Positions 48,956 to 59,345 are shown, counted from the first letter of the stretch. The stretch: DNA of 64,000 nucleotides from an uncultured virus (IMG/VR IMGVR_UViG_3300018427_001843) (IMGVR_UViG_3300018427_001843); one strand, 5' to 3'. Made by a program: numbers and translations. The notes: generated by a model from the sequence alone, not told the origin.

Positions 48956-49672
48956 CTATCTGACCTCCGGTTTTACGGTAACCACGAGCACCCCCTTGAA
49001 GATATCGTCGTCCGTTCTGGCCTTATTTCCGTTCGGGAAATAGACATATCTGCCATCTGAAGAAACGAGGCAGTACGCGCCGTCCTTTCTTCTGATAGCA
49101 TCCTCTATGTCGGAGACCCCGTGTATATCCTTGTCCGCTATGACATAGGCCGCTTCGCCTGCGCTGATATGCCTGAACGGGTTTTCCTGCTTTGCGCAAA
49201 GATCCCAGTTCTCGTACTGCGTATATCCGAGTATGTAGTCGAGCGAAAGCCCGACGACCTCAGAAAGCTTTATCATGCTTCTCACACGTTCATATGGAAG
49301 ACGTTCCCTGTAGAGGTACAGCTTTTTATAGTTTCTGTTGAGTGCCTTAACGAATTCCGTCTCACTCATTTCTGCAATCTCAAGGATCCGGTCAAGAGTC
49401 ATCTCATGCGTCGGCCTGTCATAATCCAGGGGCTGCTTCACATCGGTAAGGCCCAGAATGTATGACATGTTTGTATCAAGGGCCTTTGCCATTCCCGCAA
49501 GAACATCCAGCGGAGGAAGGGAAGTGCCTTTTTTCCACCTGCCGATGATCGAAGCCGGATACTTGACTCCGCGTCCCTCCTCGGATGTGTAGTAATTGCG
49601 AAGAAACTCTTTTACGCGCCTGTCCTCAAGGCATCTTTTGAGTCTCGTTTTCTGTTTTTCGTTATCTGACAT
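48956..49672 (-). CDS. Tandem double XRE-HTH regulator
   Basis: Two units ending 'ALDTNMSYILG' and 'VVGLSLDYILG'. Confidence 0.7.
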   Translation of the reverse strand: MSDNEKQKTRLKRCLEDRRVKEFLRNYYTSEEGRGVKYPASIIGRWKKGTSLPPLDVLAGMAKALDTNMSYILGLTDVKQPLDYDRPTHEMTLDRILEIAEMSETEFVKALNRNYKKLYLYRERLPYERVRSMIKLSEVVGLSLDYILGYTQYENWDLCAKQENPFRHISAGEAAYVIADKDIHGVSDIEDAIRRKDGAYCLVSSDGRYVYFPNGNKARTDDDIFKGVLVVTVKPEVR

Positions 49673-49833
49673 TTTACTTACCTATTTTTATAGACTAAAT
49701 TTACCACAAAAAGTCTGAAAAAGCATATAAAAAACGCTCATTTACTTTTTTTATCCATTAATATGTGTTAATATCATAGCATAGACAGAAATTACAACAA
49801 AATACTATCATTTGTGTCTATTATGAGGAGCGA
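49673..49833. promoter_or_regulatory. AT-rich divergent promoter region
   Basis: AT-rich gap between divergent genes. Confidence 0.5.
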
Positions 49834-50796
49834 ATGAGCGCAGACAGAGAAAAGATAGCTAAAAGAAGAAAGAGGCGAAGAAGAAGGCGCTTCAAGACAT
49901 CATTCAAGATGTTTCTTGGCGTCTTATCTTTATTTGTTCTGGGCGGCAGCTACGCAGGCTTTATGTATTATCACAACCTGCATGCTCCTGATCCGAACGG
50001 AAAGCTACAGGACATACAGGCACCCGAAACGAATAATTTCGATCTCAGCGACGAAGTCATGCCGAATGCGAGTTACTGGGTTCTCGATGTGGGAAAAGGC
50101 GAGGCGATCTACATAAAGTCGGGAGAAACGGACATTCTCCTCGATGCGGGTCCTGAAGAAGATGCTATGGCAATCACCAACGCCATCAGCAAGAACATAA
50201 CCGGCACGCTTGATTACTTTTTCATAACAAGCGACACGCAGGGCCGTACAAGAGGCTTCAAGACCATCTGTAAGGAACTGAAGCCGGACAAGATCATCAC
50301 ATGTCCGCTCGGAGAAAACGCCGCCAAATATAAGAAAGCAGCGGGAGACATCCCTATTGAAGAGGGAACAGACACAACGATATCTCTCGGGGAAAACAGT
50401 TCGCTGACCGTATTCAGACCCGAAGTCTCTTCGAAAGACCCGCGCGATCAGTCTCTGATGACGCTCTTCAAGTACGGGACAACGTCCTTCTTCGCAGAAT
50501 CAGACGCAGGCGAGGAGGAAGAGGCCAGAGTTATGGAAAGCGTTGCCGGCTGCAACGCGCTGGTACTTGCCCGCTCGGGCTCAGACAGCGCCAACCAGCA
50601 CATAGAAGAGATAAAGGCAAGGACCCTTGTCGTGTCGGACGCCAAAGGCGGCGGCCCGGACGAATCGATCCTTGAAAAAACAAAGGCAAAAATATATACG
50701 ACCTACAATTCAGGAACAATAAAGTTCACTACCGACGGAAAAGAAGTGACATCAAACCTTAAACCGGAAGATGCCGTCGGTGGAATGGGCTTTTAG
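49834..50796 (+). CDS. ComEC/Rec2-like metallo-beta-lactamase-fold protein, degenerate active site
   Basis: 'VLDVGKGEAIYI...LLDAG' and 'YTTYNSGTIKF'; no HxHxDH. Confidence 0.7.
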   Translation: MSADREKIAKRRKRRRRRRFKTSFKMFLGVLSLFVLGGSYAGFMYYHNLHAPDPNGKLQDIQAPETNNFDLSDEVMPNASYWVLDVGKGEAIYIKSGETDILLDAGPEEDAMAITNAISKNITGTLDYFFITSDTQGRTRGFKTICKELKPDKIITCPLGENAAKYKKAAGDIPIEEGTDTTISLGENSSLTVFRPEVSSKDPRDQSLMTLFKYGTTSFFAESDAGEEEEARVMESVAGCNALVLARSGSDSANQHIEEIKARTLVVSDAKGGGPDESILEKTKAKIYTTYNSGTIKFTTDGKEVTSNLKPEDAVGGMGF

Positions 50797-50806
50797 GAGT
50801 ACGAAT

Positions 50807-51097
50807 ATGAGTTACTACGATCCAACTGTCTACAATTATCTTAATCTCACAGACGAGGAGCGCAGCTATGTCGATGTATACGGCGCGGCTATCGAGGATG
50901 CGGGAAACAAGGCGTTCATAATAGAAGATCTTATGGGTCTCCGTGATGAAGAGGAAGACACTGATTTAATCACAAAAATGCAGTATCAGATCGCAGAGAA
51001 AACGATCGATGCCGTTCTTGAGTACATGGCGCTCCAGAGACAGGAAATGATTGTTGCCATGATCGATGCAAGACCGGAAGAGGAATCGGAAGAATAA
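50807..51097 (+). CDS. Small acidic hypothetical protein
   Basis: AGGAG RBS; ORF. Confidence 0.6.
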   Translation: MSYYDPTVYNYLNLTDEERSYVDVYGAAIEDAGNKAFIIEDLMGLRDEEEDTDLITKMQYQIAEKTIDAVLEYMALQRQEMIVAMIDARPEEESEE

Positions 51098-51120
51098 TCA
51101 AGCTGCAGAAAGGGACCTAA

Positions 51121-51489
51121 ATGACAGCAGAAGAAAAACATAAGAAAATAACTCAGAAAGGCAGACGCTGGCTCTCTGAATTTATCTGTGAGACCGCAGA
51201 AGGCTGCATCTCGACAAAAGAATCCAGAACGATGGTCTCAAGAACCATATGCGCTGAGTTCAGAAACCGCATGGATCATGACAAGGCATTCTATAGTGCC
51301 GTTGAATCCTTTTGCGACGGAGCACCGAGGAGAACGCACGCAGAAAAGCAGATCTTCTGCAGCCATCTTCTGACAGAGATGATCGCAGGAGGTAATATTC
51401 ACAGAAAACTTGCAGCAAAGTATCCGGATAAGTACACCCTTCCAAAGCAGTACAGCCCTGCATCCGAACTGAAAAGGAGTGCGTCATGA
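51121..51489 (+). CDS. Hypothetical protein
   Basis: ORF; overlaps the next gene at ATGA. Confidence 0.55.
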   Translation: MTAEEKHKKITQKGRRWLSEFICETAEGCISTKESRTMVSRTICAEFRNRMDHDKAFYSAVESFCDGAPRRTHAEKQIFCSHLLTEMIAGGNIHRKLAAKYPDKYTLPKQYSPASELKRSAS

Positions 51490-51794
51490 CCAAGAGATGC
51501 ATGATATGCGGGAAAGACTTTGAGACGAATCGCAGGGACAGAAAAACATGCGGCGCACCCGAGTGCATGCGTCAGCGCCAGCTTGCATACATGAAAGAAT
51601 ACGCATCTCAAAACAAAGAGCTGAGAAGGGCCGGCAAGAACGAATACAACCGTCAGTATGCGGCAAAGCGAAGGGCTAAGGCTAAATCGGGGAAGACCAA
51701 AAGGCCCGTCCGTGAATTCGAGGCCGAAGGATACGCAGAGCGTCAGATCAGAAAGTCTCTCGAACTGGCTGGAAGTATCTGCCTGGAGCTGTGA
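51486..51794 (+). CDS. Small Zn-finger basic protein
   Basis: 'CMICGKDF...TCGAPEC'; AGGAG RBS. Confidence 0.6.
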   Translation: MTKRCMICGKDFETNRRDRKTCGAPECMRQRQLAYMKEYASQNKELRRAGKNEYNRQYAAKRRAKAKSGKTKRPVREFEAEGYAERQIRKSLELAGSICLEL

Positions 51795-51871
51795 TTAACT
51801 GAAAGAAAGTGCAGGGCACAGGGCCAAAGCACTTAAGAAATATATTTTTACCCAAAACAGGAGGATGTTTT

Positions 51872-52132
51872 ATGACAAAGGTAGAGTTTGTAGCAAAGTA
51901 TGCTGAAAAGACAGGTATGTCCCAGAAGGCGGCAGGAGAAGCCGTAGATGCTTTTTTCGAAACAGTATCTGACGTTCTTAAGTCCGGAGAGAAGATCGTT
52001 ATACCAGGCAAGGTCAAGATCGAGAAGAGTATCAGAGCAGCAAGGACCGGAAAGAACCCGCAGACAGGTGAGCCGGTAGAGATTCCTGAAAAGACCGTGA
52101 TCAAGGCTAAATTCTCTGATAAGCTTCTGTGA
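51872..52132 (+). CDS. hup: HU family DNA-binding protein
   Basis: 'MTKVEFV..A...G.S' and 'RAARTGKNPQTGEPVEIP'. Confidence 0.92.
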   Translation: MTKVEFVAKYAEKTGMSQKAAGEAVDAFFETVSDVLKSGEKIVIPGKVKIEKSIRAARTGKNPQTGEPVEIPEKTVIKAKFSDKLL

Positions 52133-52148
52133 TTTTAAGGCTTTATTG

Positions 52149-52580
52149 ATGAAGGTATATGCTTCAGAAAAAACACTTAAGCTGATCGGTGCATTCTGTG
52201 CGGTTCTTTTGGTGGTCGTACTTATGATTGCAGGTACCGAGCTGATTTCGGAAAGGTCTTTTGTCAGGACGAAAGGAACAGTCATTGCCACAAACCGCGT
52301 GGTGGACCTTGGAATCAATAATGGCACCAGAACCACGGTTATGAAGACCTATACATGCGAATATCAGTCGGACGGGGTCAAACACGAATGCACATTCCGC
52401 ACATTATTGCCGGTCCTGCATAGAAAAGGGTCAAGTACAGTGATTGCTTATGACCCGGTACAACCGTCGATAGTGAGAGATAAGTTCAAAATGGAATGCT
52501 GTGTACTCATAGGGGCCTTTTTCTGTATTTTCCAAATATTTATTATTAAGGCTATAGGAGTCGTCCGTCAGGAACAGTGA
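52149..52580 (+). CDS. Membrane protein (DUF3592-like)
   Basis: TM - 'TKGTVI' beta region - 'IAYDP..P' - TM. Confidence 0.55.
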   Translation: MKVYASEKTLKLIGAFCAVLLVVVLMIAGTELISERSFVRTKGTVIATNRVVDLGINNGTRTTVMKTYTCEYQSDGVKHECTFRTLLPVLHRKGSSTVIAYDPVQPSIVRDKFKMECCVLIGAFFCIFQIFIIKAIGVVRQEQ

Positions 52581-52803
52581 GATTTCAACGCAAAATTCAA
52601 GCAAACTTGCTTTGCTGGTCTTGCAGGGGACACAAATTGAAGTTATAATAAACATACATTATTAATGCTTGAATAATAAGAGTCTCGGGAAAATCTGCGG
52701 CTCTTATTATTTTTGTTTTGAAAAAATGAAAGTTAATTGAAGGAGGCGTACTGCAGTATTGCGGTGCGCCTTTTTCTTTGTCTTAAGGAAGGGAGGTATC
52801 AAA

Positions 52804-53181
52804 ATGAAAAAGATCCTTAAGAAGTCTGTTATGGCAATAGATGATTTTTGCCGCTATTTGTTTCTGCCAACGATAATGACCTTTGCATTTTTCCTGTGCT
52901 CGGATGCGCACATGTTCGGTCTCTCAACAGGCTGGACTGCATATATCCTCTCGGGGATCGTGCTTCTGGCAGCGCTTTACAGATGGGATCTGCTTACGCA
53001 GACAAAGGTTAGAGCAGTTCTTGCACAGAAAAACGCCCTCATCGAACTGCGGGCAGAGGAACTTCTCGAAGAAGGCAGAAAAGCCATCTCTGAGGAAGAG
53101 GGCCTGGTCTGGTGGGACGATCACTTTGACGAGGTCATATCATGGAGCGGTGAGATCACCGGCTGCGGAAAGGAGGCATAA
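52804..53181 (+). CDS. Hypothetical membrane protein
   Basis: GGAGG RBS; 2 TM. Confidence 0.6.
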   Translation: MKKILKKSVMAIDDFCRYLFLPTIMTFAFFLCSDAHMFGLSTGWTAYILSGIVLLAALYRWDLLTQTKVRAVLAQKNALIELRAEELLEEGRKAISEEEGLVWWDDHFDEVISWSGEITGCGKEA

Positions 53182-53183
53182 AC

Positions 53184-53816
53184 ATGCTGTTTTCCTTTTT
53201 TAGAAGAAAAACAGAGCCTGTCACAGAAGAGCCAGAGCACGATGAGGAACAGGAAATGCAGCTTTTTCGACAGAAAATTGAAGAAGAGGCGCTTCACCGC
53301 CGCGAGCAGCACCTGTTGTTTGAAGCACTGGCTCCGGATATCACAAGGATGTTCGAAGAATATCCGAAAGTGAAGGACTGGTATGGTGACAGCTTTGACT
53401 TCATCGTTGTTACCGTGCCTCTGTCAGACGGGTTTCCGAGATCCCATGCCGGCCGTATTGTCCTTGATGACAATGGCGATATCGATCGATGGGAGGAATA
53501 CTCGCCGGGGCACATGGTCTTCAAGCGTGTCACTCCGACTCTAAGCGAGGAAAAGCGTGTATCACAGCTAACCGCAATGCTTGCTGATTCGGACAGCCTG
53601 TCCCGCTACTGCGAACAGGTCGCAGCCACGCTGCTTGAAGAGGGCTCCTGTGTATTCAACGCACCTTTCAGTCTCAATGTAAAGGATGCGGAATACAACA
53701 AAAGGTATGGGTCTCCTGAATGGGAGGCTGCCTGGATATCGGCTCTCAAATCAGAATTTCAGGCAAGTGAAGTTATTGCAAAAGGAAACGGCTGCTTCCA
53801 GATGACAGCCATGTAA
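53184..53816 (+). CDS. Hypothetical protein
   Basis: AGGAGG RBS. Confidence 0.65.
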   Translation: MLFSFFRRKTEPVTEEPEHDEEQEMQLFRQKIEEEALHRREQHLLFEALAPDITRMFEEYPKVKDWYGDSFDFIVVTVPLSDGFPRSHAGRIVLDDNGDIDRWEEYSPGHMVFKRVTPTLSEEKRVSQLTAMLADSDSLSRYCEQVAATLLEEGSCVFNAPFSLNVKDAEYNKRYGSPEWEAAWISALKSEFQASEVIAKGNGCFQMTAM

Positions 53817-53831
53817 AGAAAGGAGGTAGAA

Positions 53832-54269
53832 ATGAGCGTAATTCTTTACGCAGGCGTAAGGTTCGACAGAGCCATCAGAAAGGAGACCGATATTGTGTCG
53901 CCTGGCGGCTATGAGATCGGGTTCAGGCCTGAGAGGGGCCGAGAAGTCCCATCCATTCGCTTCGATTTCTGCGATACTATAATGCGGATCGATGGAGATG
54001 ACCCTTGTCTTCTCTGGTATCAGCAGAAGACACTGGATGAAGTGTCATTCCCGGAATCAGACCGCCTTAACAGGTCCGCATTGATCGATGCGGATTCTGT
54101 TATTGAGTGGTATATCGAAACCGATACGAATGACGGATCTGAGCCGCTTCATCCGAAGAAGCTCATACATGCCGAATTTAACGCCGGCGCCGGCAGGAAT
54201 GTGGAGTTTGGTGAAAAGCTGCTTAAAGAAGCATCTGCATCTATGGATGGAGGTGGTCTTTATGCTTAG
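53832..54269 (+). CDS. Hypothetical protein
   Basis: AGGAGG RBS. Confidence 0.65.
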   Translation: MSVILYAGVRFDRAIRKETDIVSPGGYEIGFRPERGREVPSIRFDFCDTIMRIDGDDPCLLWYQQKTLDEVSFPESDRLNRSALIDADSVIEWYIETDTNDGSEPLHPKKLIHAEFNAGAGRNVEFGEKLLKEASASMDGGGLYA

Positions 54270-54642
54270 GGATATCAAAGAACCAGAAAGACGCCGAAAG
54301 GAATATTATCGCCGCGATTTTCAGGTGATAGGAGAGCCTAAGGGCTGCGGTTTTTCGTTTGACTGCGACAGTGAAGGAACTCTGACCAGTCGGAACGAAG
54401 GGCAGAAAGAAAACTTCGCATTTGCGATCGCCCACCCGGAGAAATTCGTTGATCTTGGCGTTGTAAAGCATGTCAGCGAATATCTTGTTCCGGGAAGCGG
54501 GCTTTGCCACTGCGGAGAGCGCGTGTCGCTGATCGAACAGTATATGGGCGCCTGCGAGTGCCCTCGCTGCGGCCAGTGGTACAACATATTCGGGCAGGAA
54601 CTTCTTCCTCCGGATATGTGGGGTGATGGAAAACTCTTTTGA
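54262..54642 (+). CDS. Cys-rich hypothetical protein (Zn-ribbon-like)
   Basis: 'CHCG...CECPRCGQWYN'; GGAGG RBS. Confidence 0.6.
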   Translation: MLRDIKEPERRRKEYYRRDFQVIGEPKGCGFSFDCDSEGTLTSRNEGQKENFAFAIAHPEKFVDLGVVKHVSEYLVPGSGLCHCGERVSLIEQYMGACECPRCGQWYNIFGQELLPPDMWGDGKLF

Positions 54643-54660
54643 GAAGGGAAGGAGGACATT

Positions 54661-54975
54661 ATGAATATTCACAAGGAAACAGCGGCTGCACTTCTGGAGG
54701 CCGTAGGTCTTACAGACGAAGAGCGGAAAGCATATATGTTTGAGATGTGCTGTCTGCCGCCGGATGAGCTCAGAGAGCCGAGATACTGCTGCATCTGCGG
54801 GAAAAGAATAGAAGGTTACGGTAACGAGCCGTGGCCTATCGTTCTTGAACCGGGAGAACGATGCTGCGATCTTTGCAATCTGACTGAAGTCGTACCGGCT
54901 AGAATGAGGCAGCTCAAGGAACGAAAGCGAATGCCTGTTATGGACTGCTTCAGTATGCCGCCAATCGATGATTGA
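54661..54975 (+). CDS. Cys-rich hypothetical protein
   Basis: 'CCICGK...GN.PWP...CCDLCN'; AGGAGG RBS. Confidence 0.65.
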   Translation: MNIHKETAAALLEAVGLTDEERKAYMFEMCCLPPDELREPRYCCICGKRIEGYGNEPWPIVLEPGERCCDLCNLTEVVPARMRQLKERKRMPVMDCFSMPPIDD

Positions 54976-54986
54976 TTTTCATATAA

Positions 54987-55082
54987 GGGGCTGCCGCATT
55001 TTGTGGCGGCCTTTTTTTGTTGTTTGGATACCTTATAAGAAGGTAACAGTCTCCCCCCGTATTACAGGGGAGGCTGTTTTTT
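54987..55082 (+). terminator. Two tandem intrinsic terminators
   Basis: GGCTGCCGC/GTGGCGGCC-T7 and AACAGTCTCCCC/GGGGAGGCTGTT-T-run. Confidence 0.6.
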
Positions 55083-55219
55083 ATTTGTCCGAAAATCGAC
55101 AATTTTTGACCTTTTTTCAACAATAAAAGCACTATTTTTTTCGGGCTATTGAATGTCAACGCAGGCAGTAACTATAGTGGCCTTAGACGCCGTTATTTCC
55201 GTTTGTAAGGAGAGAAAAC

Positions 55220-55429
55220 ATGCTTGACGATGTATTTATCAAAAGAATTACAGATCTGGCTATGGCAAAATATGCGTCCTGGCATAAAGGGCGGCCCGGC
55301 ATCTCAAAAGCCGATGTCATAGAGGCAGTCATGTACTACGGCGGCGACATGGATGATGTGCGGGCGGTAATGACGGAGGGGGCGAAAAGAATCCTGCCGG
55401 AAAGTGTGATAAGGCACATAGAGTTCTGA
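55220..55429 (+). CDS. Small hypothetical protein
   Basis: AGGAG RBS. Confidence 0.55.
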   Translation: MLDDVFIKRITDLAMAKYASWHKGRPGISKADVIEAVMYYGGDMDDVRAVMTEGAKRILPESVIRHIEF

Positions 55430-55608
55430 CAAAAAGTCTCATTTTCTGTACTCTTTCCCTGATATACTGCATATAGGCAGGCGTGGATTTGTAAAAAGGT
55501 GAGGGAAGATTTCCGTTGCATGGTCATATTAACTGACACATGATTTGCCTTTTTAATGTATAACTGGTCTGTAACCTTAGTATAAATGATAAATTGGAGG
55601 TAGCAGAA

Positions 55609-56421
55609 ATGAGTGAAGGTGAAAATAAAATCGAGAATCTCAAATTTGTCGTGTTTGATGAATGGTCGTATGCCCCTCCTGCAGGAAGAAACGTAAACTA
55701 TTATACTGCTTGCAATGAGTCGTTCGAGGTTATTGCAGAGATCACGGATGAAATCATCAGTCATTTAGAAGAAATCGTCGATGAAGATGACGATGAGATT
55801 CCCGTACTTACAGACATGGATGAATTCAATGCCGAAGCCATTCAGGAGTGGAGCTGGGATAATGGCGGAGCTGGGTGCAGCTGTGTGGCCTATGCCGAAG
55901 GTAAAGACATCGCTGCGGCTGCCGCTGAATTCTACGAGGAACATCTCAGAGATGAACTCGAGGAATCTGATTATGATATCCATAGCGAGGAAATGACAGA
56001 CGTGGAATTCACTGTCAAGATCCTGGTAAACAAATGGGAAGGTGATGAAGTAAGCGTAACAGTGCCTGCTTCGGCAGAAGAGCTGAAGCTGATTGGCTTC
56101 TGTGCCATAGAAGATGAAGACATTAACACTTATGAAGGGTTAGAAGGTCTGGTAAAGAGGGTTTCGACGGCTGCGTTAGGAGAAGCTGATGACAGTTGGG
56201 AAAGAACAGATGAGGATGAAGAATTTGATAACATAGATACTTCTATGTGCAGTCTGTGGAATCCTATCGATACTCCTTATGATATCGATGAATACGATAT
56301 GTATATAGGAGACTGTATTGTCGAGTACGCAAAAGAGTATAATGAATATGATGTAGCTATTGAGAAGCTTACAGACATGGTGGATATGCTTGTCGAAGCA
56401 TATAACAGTTCCATGTGGTAG
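55609..56421 (+). CDS. Highly acidic hypothetical protein
   Basis: GGAGG RBS; about 28% D+E by manual count. Confidence 0.7.
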   Translation: MSEGENKIENLKFVVFDEWSYAPPAGRNVNYYTACNESFEVIAEITDEIISHLEEIVDEDDDEIPVLTDMDEFNAEAIQEWSWDNGGAGCSCVAYAEGKDIAAAAAEFYEEHLRDELEESDYDIHSEEMTDVEFTVKILVNKWEGDEVSVTVPASAEELKLIGFCAIEDEDINTYEGLEGLVKRVSTAALGEADDSWERTDEDEEFDNIDTSMCSLWNPIDTPYDIDEYDMYIGDCIVEYAKEYNEYDVAIEKLTDMVDMLVEAYNSSMW

Positions 56422-56441
56422 ATTGAATGGAGGAAACAATA

Positions 56442-57017
56442 ATGGGATTTTTCGATTTTCTCAAAGGAAGCAGCAATGCTAACGATAACCCTGCAAATAT
56501 TGATATTGCTTCTTTCAAGAAAGACCTGATTCAAGAAGTAGCAGTATACATGTATAAGACGGGAATCACGGATGCACCGGGGCTCAAGTTTTTCAATAAT
56601 GATAATGGATTGTTTGAAGCGCACTTCATGTCAACTGTAAATGATCCAGGTGTAAGGCAAATAAAGAAAGCTATGCCTCAGATGTACCTTACGGTACTTG
56701 GAACTCACGCTTTGGGAACAGCAGTGCATATTGCAACTTGTCAGAGCAAGTTCGATATGCCTGTAGAAGAATTTGGAGCGGCTGAGGTTCAGAAGCTTGC
56801 AAATGACTTTGCACAGACCGATGCATATGAACTCGCGTTGAAAGACCTGGGAATAGGCCTCAACTCAAATAACAAGAAAGTTGTTGACGGCATTGTTATG
56901 ACAGCTCAGGGTGCAGCATCGCTTTCGGCAGGAGGCGATATCTCGAACAATATGAATCTGCTGAAGGCATACTGCGAGGTTCTGTATAACGCTGGCGTTA
57001 CACTTGCTTATAAGTAA
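56442..57017 (+). CDS. Hypothetical protein
   Basis: GGAGG RBS; 'MGFFDFLKG' start. Confidence 0.7.
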   Translation: MGFFDFLKGSSNANDNPANIDIASFKKDLIQEVAVYMYKTGITDAPGLKFFNNDNGLFEAHFMSTVNDPGVRQIKKAMPQMYLTVLGTHALGTAVHIATCQSKFDMPVEEFGAAEVQKLANDFAQTDAYELALKDLGIGLNSNNKKVVDGIVMTAQGAASLSAGGDISNNMNLLKAYCEVLYNAGVTLAYK

Positions 57018-57237
57018 TATCCATTCTGAATCAATGCATTAGTCCTGCTCGATATATTTGTTATAGCAAGCGAAGTGCGAGTGATCGTGGCCCAGCGCCG
57101 CGGTTACTCGCATTTGTTTATCAAGATGTTTTGACATTCGAGATCTCATAGAATAGATAAAGGCACTACATATCAGCATAATAGTATGGTATAATATAGA
57201 CAAAACAATCCTAAACTATAAATTGCAAGGAGAAATA

Positions 57238-59343
57238 ATGGTAGATATAAAGAATATGCTCTGGGAAGAGACTCCTGTCGATGTAACAGCGGAAGCGAAC
57301 TTTATCTGGAGTATCGCAAACAAACTAAGGGGCTCATATATGCCTGATAAGTATGGTGATGTCATCATCCCTATGGTTATCATCCGTAGGTTTGAATGCA
57401 CGCTTGCTCCAACAAAACAGGCTGTTGTTGATAAATTCAAAGAGACGCCGCTGTATCCATACAAGGCTATGTGTAGGATTTCCGGATATCAGTTCTACAA
57501 CACGAGCGAGTTCGATCTGAAAGAGCTGTGCAACGACGCAGACCATATAGCAGCGAACTTCAAGGCATACATTGCAGGCTTCTCAAACAATGTTCAGGAC
57601 ATCCTCAATGAGCTTGAGATGGGCAAACATATCGAGAAGATGGACAAGGACGGATGCCTCTACTCCGTAGTTAAGGCGTTTTCAGAGCTTGACCTCGATC
57701 CTTCAACATACGACAGCATCAAGATGGGCTACATCTTCGAGAATCTGATCGGTAGATTTTACCAGAACGTAGACGCCGGTCAGTTTTATACTGGCCGAGA
57801 CATCATCAAACTGTGCGTATCCCTTCTTATAGCCGAAGGCTGCGAGGACATCTTCGACAACAAGAAGATCCTTACGGTGTGTGACCAGGCGTGCGGGACC
57901 GGCGGAATGCTTTCCACCGCATATACGTATCTGAAGCACTACAATCCTTCAGCTGACGTAAGACTTTTCGGCCAAGAGTATATGGGTCCTTCCTACGCTG
58001 TAGGCCTTGCCGAGATGCTTATCAAGGGACAGAATGCCGAAAACTTCAGGCATACAGACACTTTCAAGGAAGACTGCTTCGCTGGAACCAAGATGCGTTT
58101 TCTCTTGGAAAACCCGCCTTTCGGAACTCCGTGGAGCGGAGAGAATGCCAAACTCGGACAGGAAGAAGCCGTTAGAACCGAATATGCGAAAGGCATGAAT
58201 GGCAGATGGGGAGCAGGGCTCCCTGCCGGAAGCGACTCGCAGCTTCTCTTCATGCAGTCCGCTTTAGCCAAGATGGACGATGAACACGGCAGAGCCGCTA
58301 TCATTTCGAACGGCTCACCACTCTTCACAGGCGGCGTTTCGTCCGGAGAGTCGCAGATCAGACGGTACTTGCTTGAGAACGACCTTATAGAAGCCATAGT
58401 TCAGCTTCCTACAGACCTGTTCTACAACACAGGCATAGCAACTTATATCTGGGTTCTTTCCAAGAATAAGCGTGCAGAACGTAAAGGCAAGATACAGCTC
58501 ATTGATGCCTCGAACATTTATCACAAACTTAGAAAACCGCTTGGCATGAAGAAGAATGAATTCTCTGTCGAAGACCGTGCTGCTATTACCGAAATGTATG
58601 GCAACTTCAGCGAGACTGAGAACGTCAAGATATTCGACAACACTGAGTTCATATACCGCGAGTACACGGTTATGCAGCCACTGCAGAGAAGCTATTCGAT
58701 AACAGAGGACAGCATCCAGGCGATGCTTCAAGCGGGTGCTCTTTCGGGTCTGTATGACGAGGCAAAGGTTGCAGAGCTTGAAGAGAAAGGCGTTGCTATC
58801 TCCGGCAAGGAGCAGTCGAAACTCGATAAGTACATCGAAAATAAGCCGATTTACGAGGCTGTAATCGAGGCTCTGACAAACTCTATCTCTGACAGGAAAT
58901 ACCTCTCTGTAGGCGAATTTAAACCTGTTCTGGAGGATGTTCTGTCAGGTATAGACGGCATCGACAAGTACGTTGCCAAGATCATCGATGGGCTTTCAGT
59001 CATGGATAAAACTGCTGAGATCCAGAGAGAGGTCAAAGGCAAGAATAAAGGCGAGATTATCTACGATAAGACCACTAAGGATACCGAAATCGTGAGATAC
59101 GACGAAGACATAGAAGACTACATGGATCGTGAGGTACTTCCTCATGTGCCTGATGCTATGTGGTTCTGGGAAGAGAATCTTGGGGCAAAGAAGCCGGTTA
59201 TTAAAACAGGGGCAGAGATTATGTTTACAAAATACTTTTACAAATATCATGAGCCGGAAACAAGCGAAGCCCTTGCAAAGCGGTTCGCAGAACTTGAGGT
59301 GAAAGTTGATGATCGCATAAATAAATTATTTGGAAAGGCTTAA
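57238..59343 (+). CDS. hsdM: Type I R-M methyltransferase subunit (m6A)
   Basis: 'AGQFYT', 'DQACGTGGM', 'NPPF'; extended -10 TGGTATAAT at about 57187. Confidence 0.93.
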   Translation: MVDIKNMLWEETPVDVTAEANFIWSIANKLRGSYMPDKYGDVIIPMVIIRRFECTLAPTKQAVVDKFKETPLYPYKAMCRISGYQFYNTSEFDLKELCNDADHIAANFKAYIAGFSNNVQDILNELEMGKHIEKMDKDGCLYSVVKAFSELDLDPSTYDSIKMGYIFENLIGRFYQNVDAGQFYTGRDIIKLCVSLLIAEGCEDIFDNKKILTVCDQACGTGGMLSTAYTYLKHYNPSADVRLFGQEYMGPSYAVGLAEMLIKGQNAENFRHTDTFKEDCFAGTKMRFLLENPPFGTPWSGENAKLGQEEAVRTEYAKGMNGRWGAGLPAGSDSQLLFMQSALAKMDDEHGRAAIISNGSPLFTGGVSSGESQIRRYLLENDLIEAIVQLPTDLFYNTGIATYIWVLSKNKRAERKGKIQLIDASNIYHKLRKPLGMKKNEFSVEDRAAITEMYGNFSETENVKIFDNTEFIYREYTVMQPLQRSYSITEDSIQAMLQAGALSGLYDEAKVAELEEKGVAISGKEQSKLDKYIENKPIYEAVIEALTNSISDRKYLSVGEFKPVLEDVLSGIDGIDKYVAKIIDGLSVMDKTAEIQREVKGKNKGEIIYDKTTKDTEIVRYDEDIEDYMDREVLPHVPDAMWFWEENLGAKKPVIKTGAEIMFTKYFYKYHEPETSEALAKRFAELEVKVDDRINKLFGKA

Positions 59344-59345
59344 TT

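Noticed and set aside
57068..57118. Long hairpin as an integron attC site
   Set aside because: No RYYYAAC/GTTRRRY boxes and no integrase; more likely a terminator
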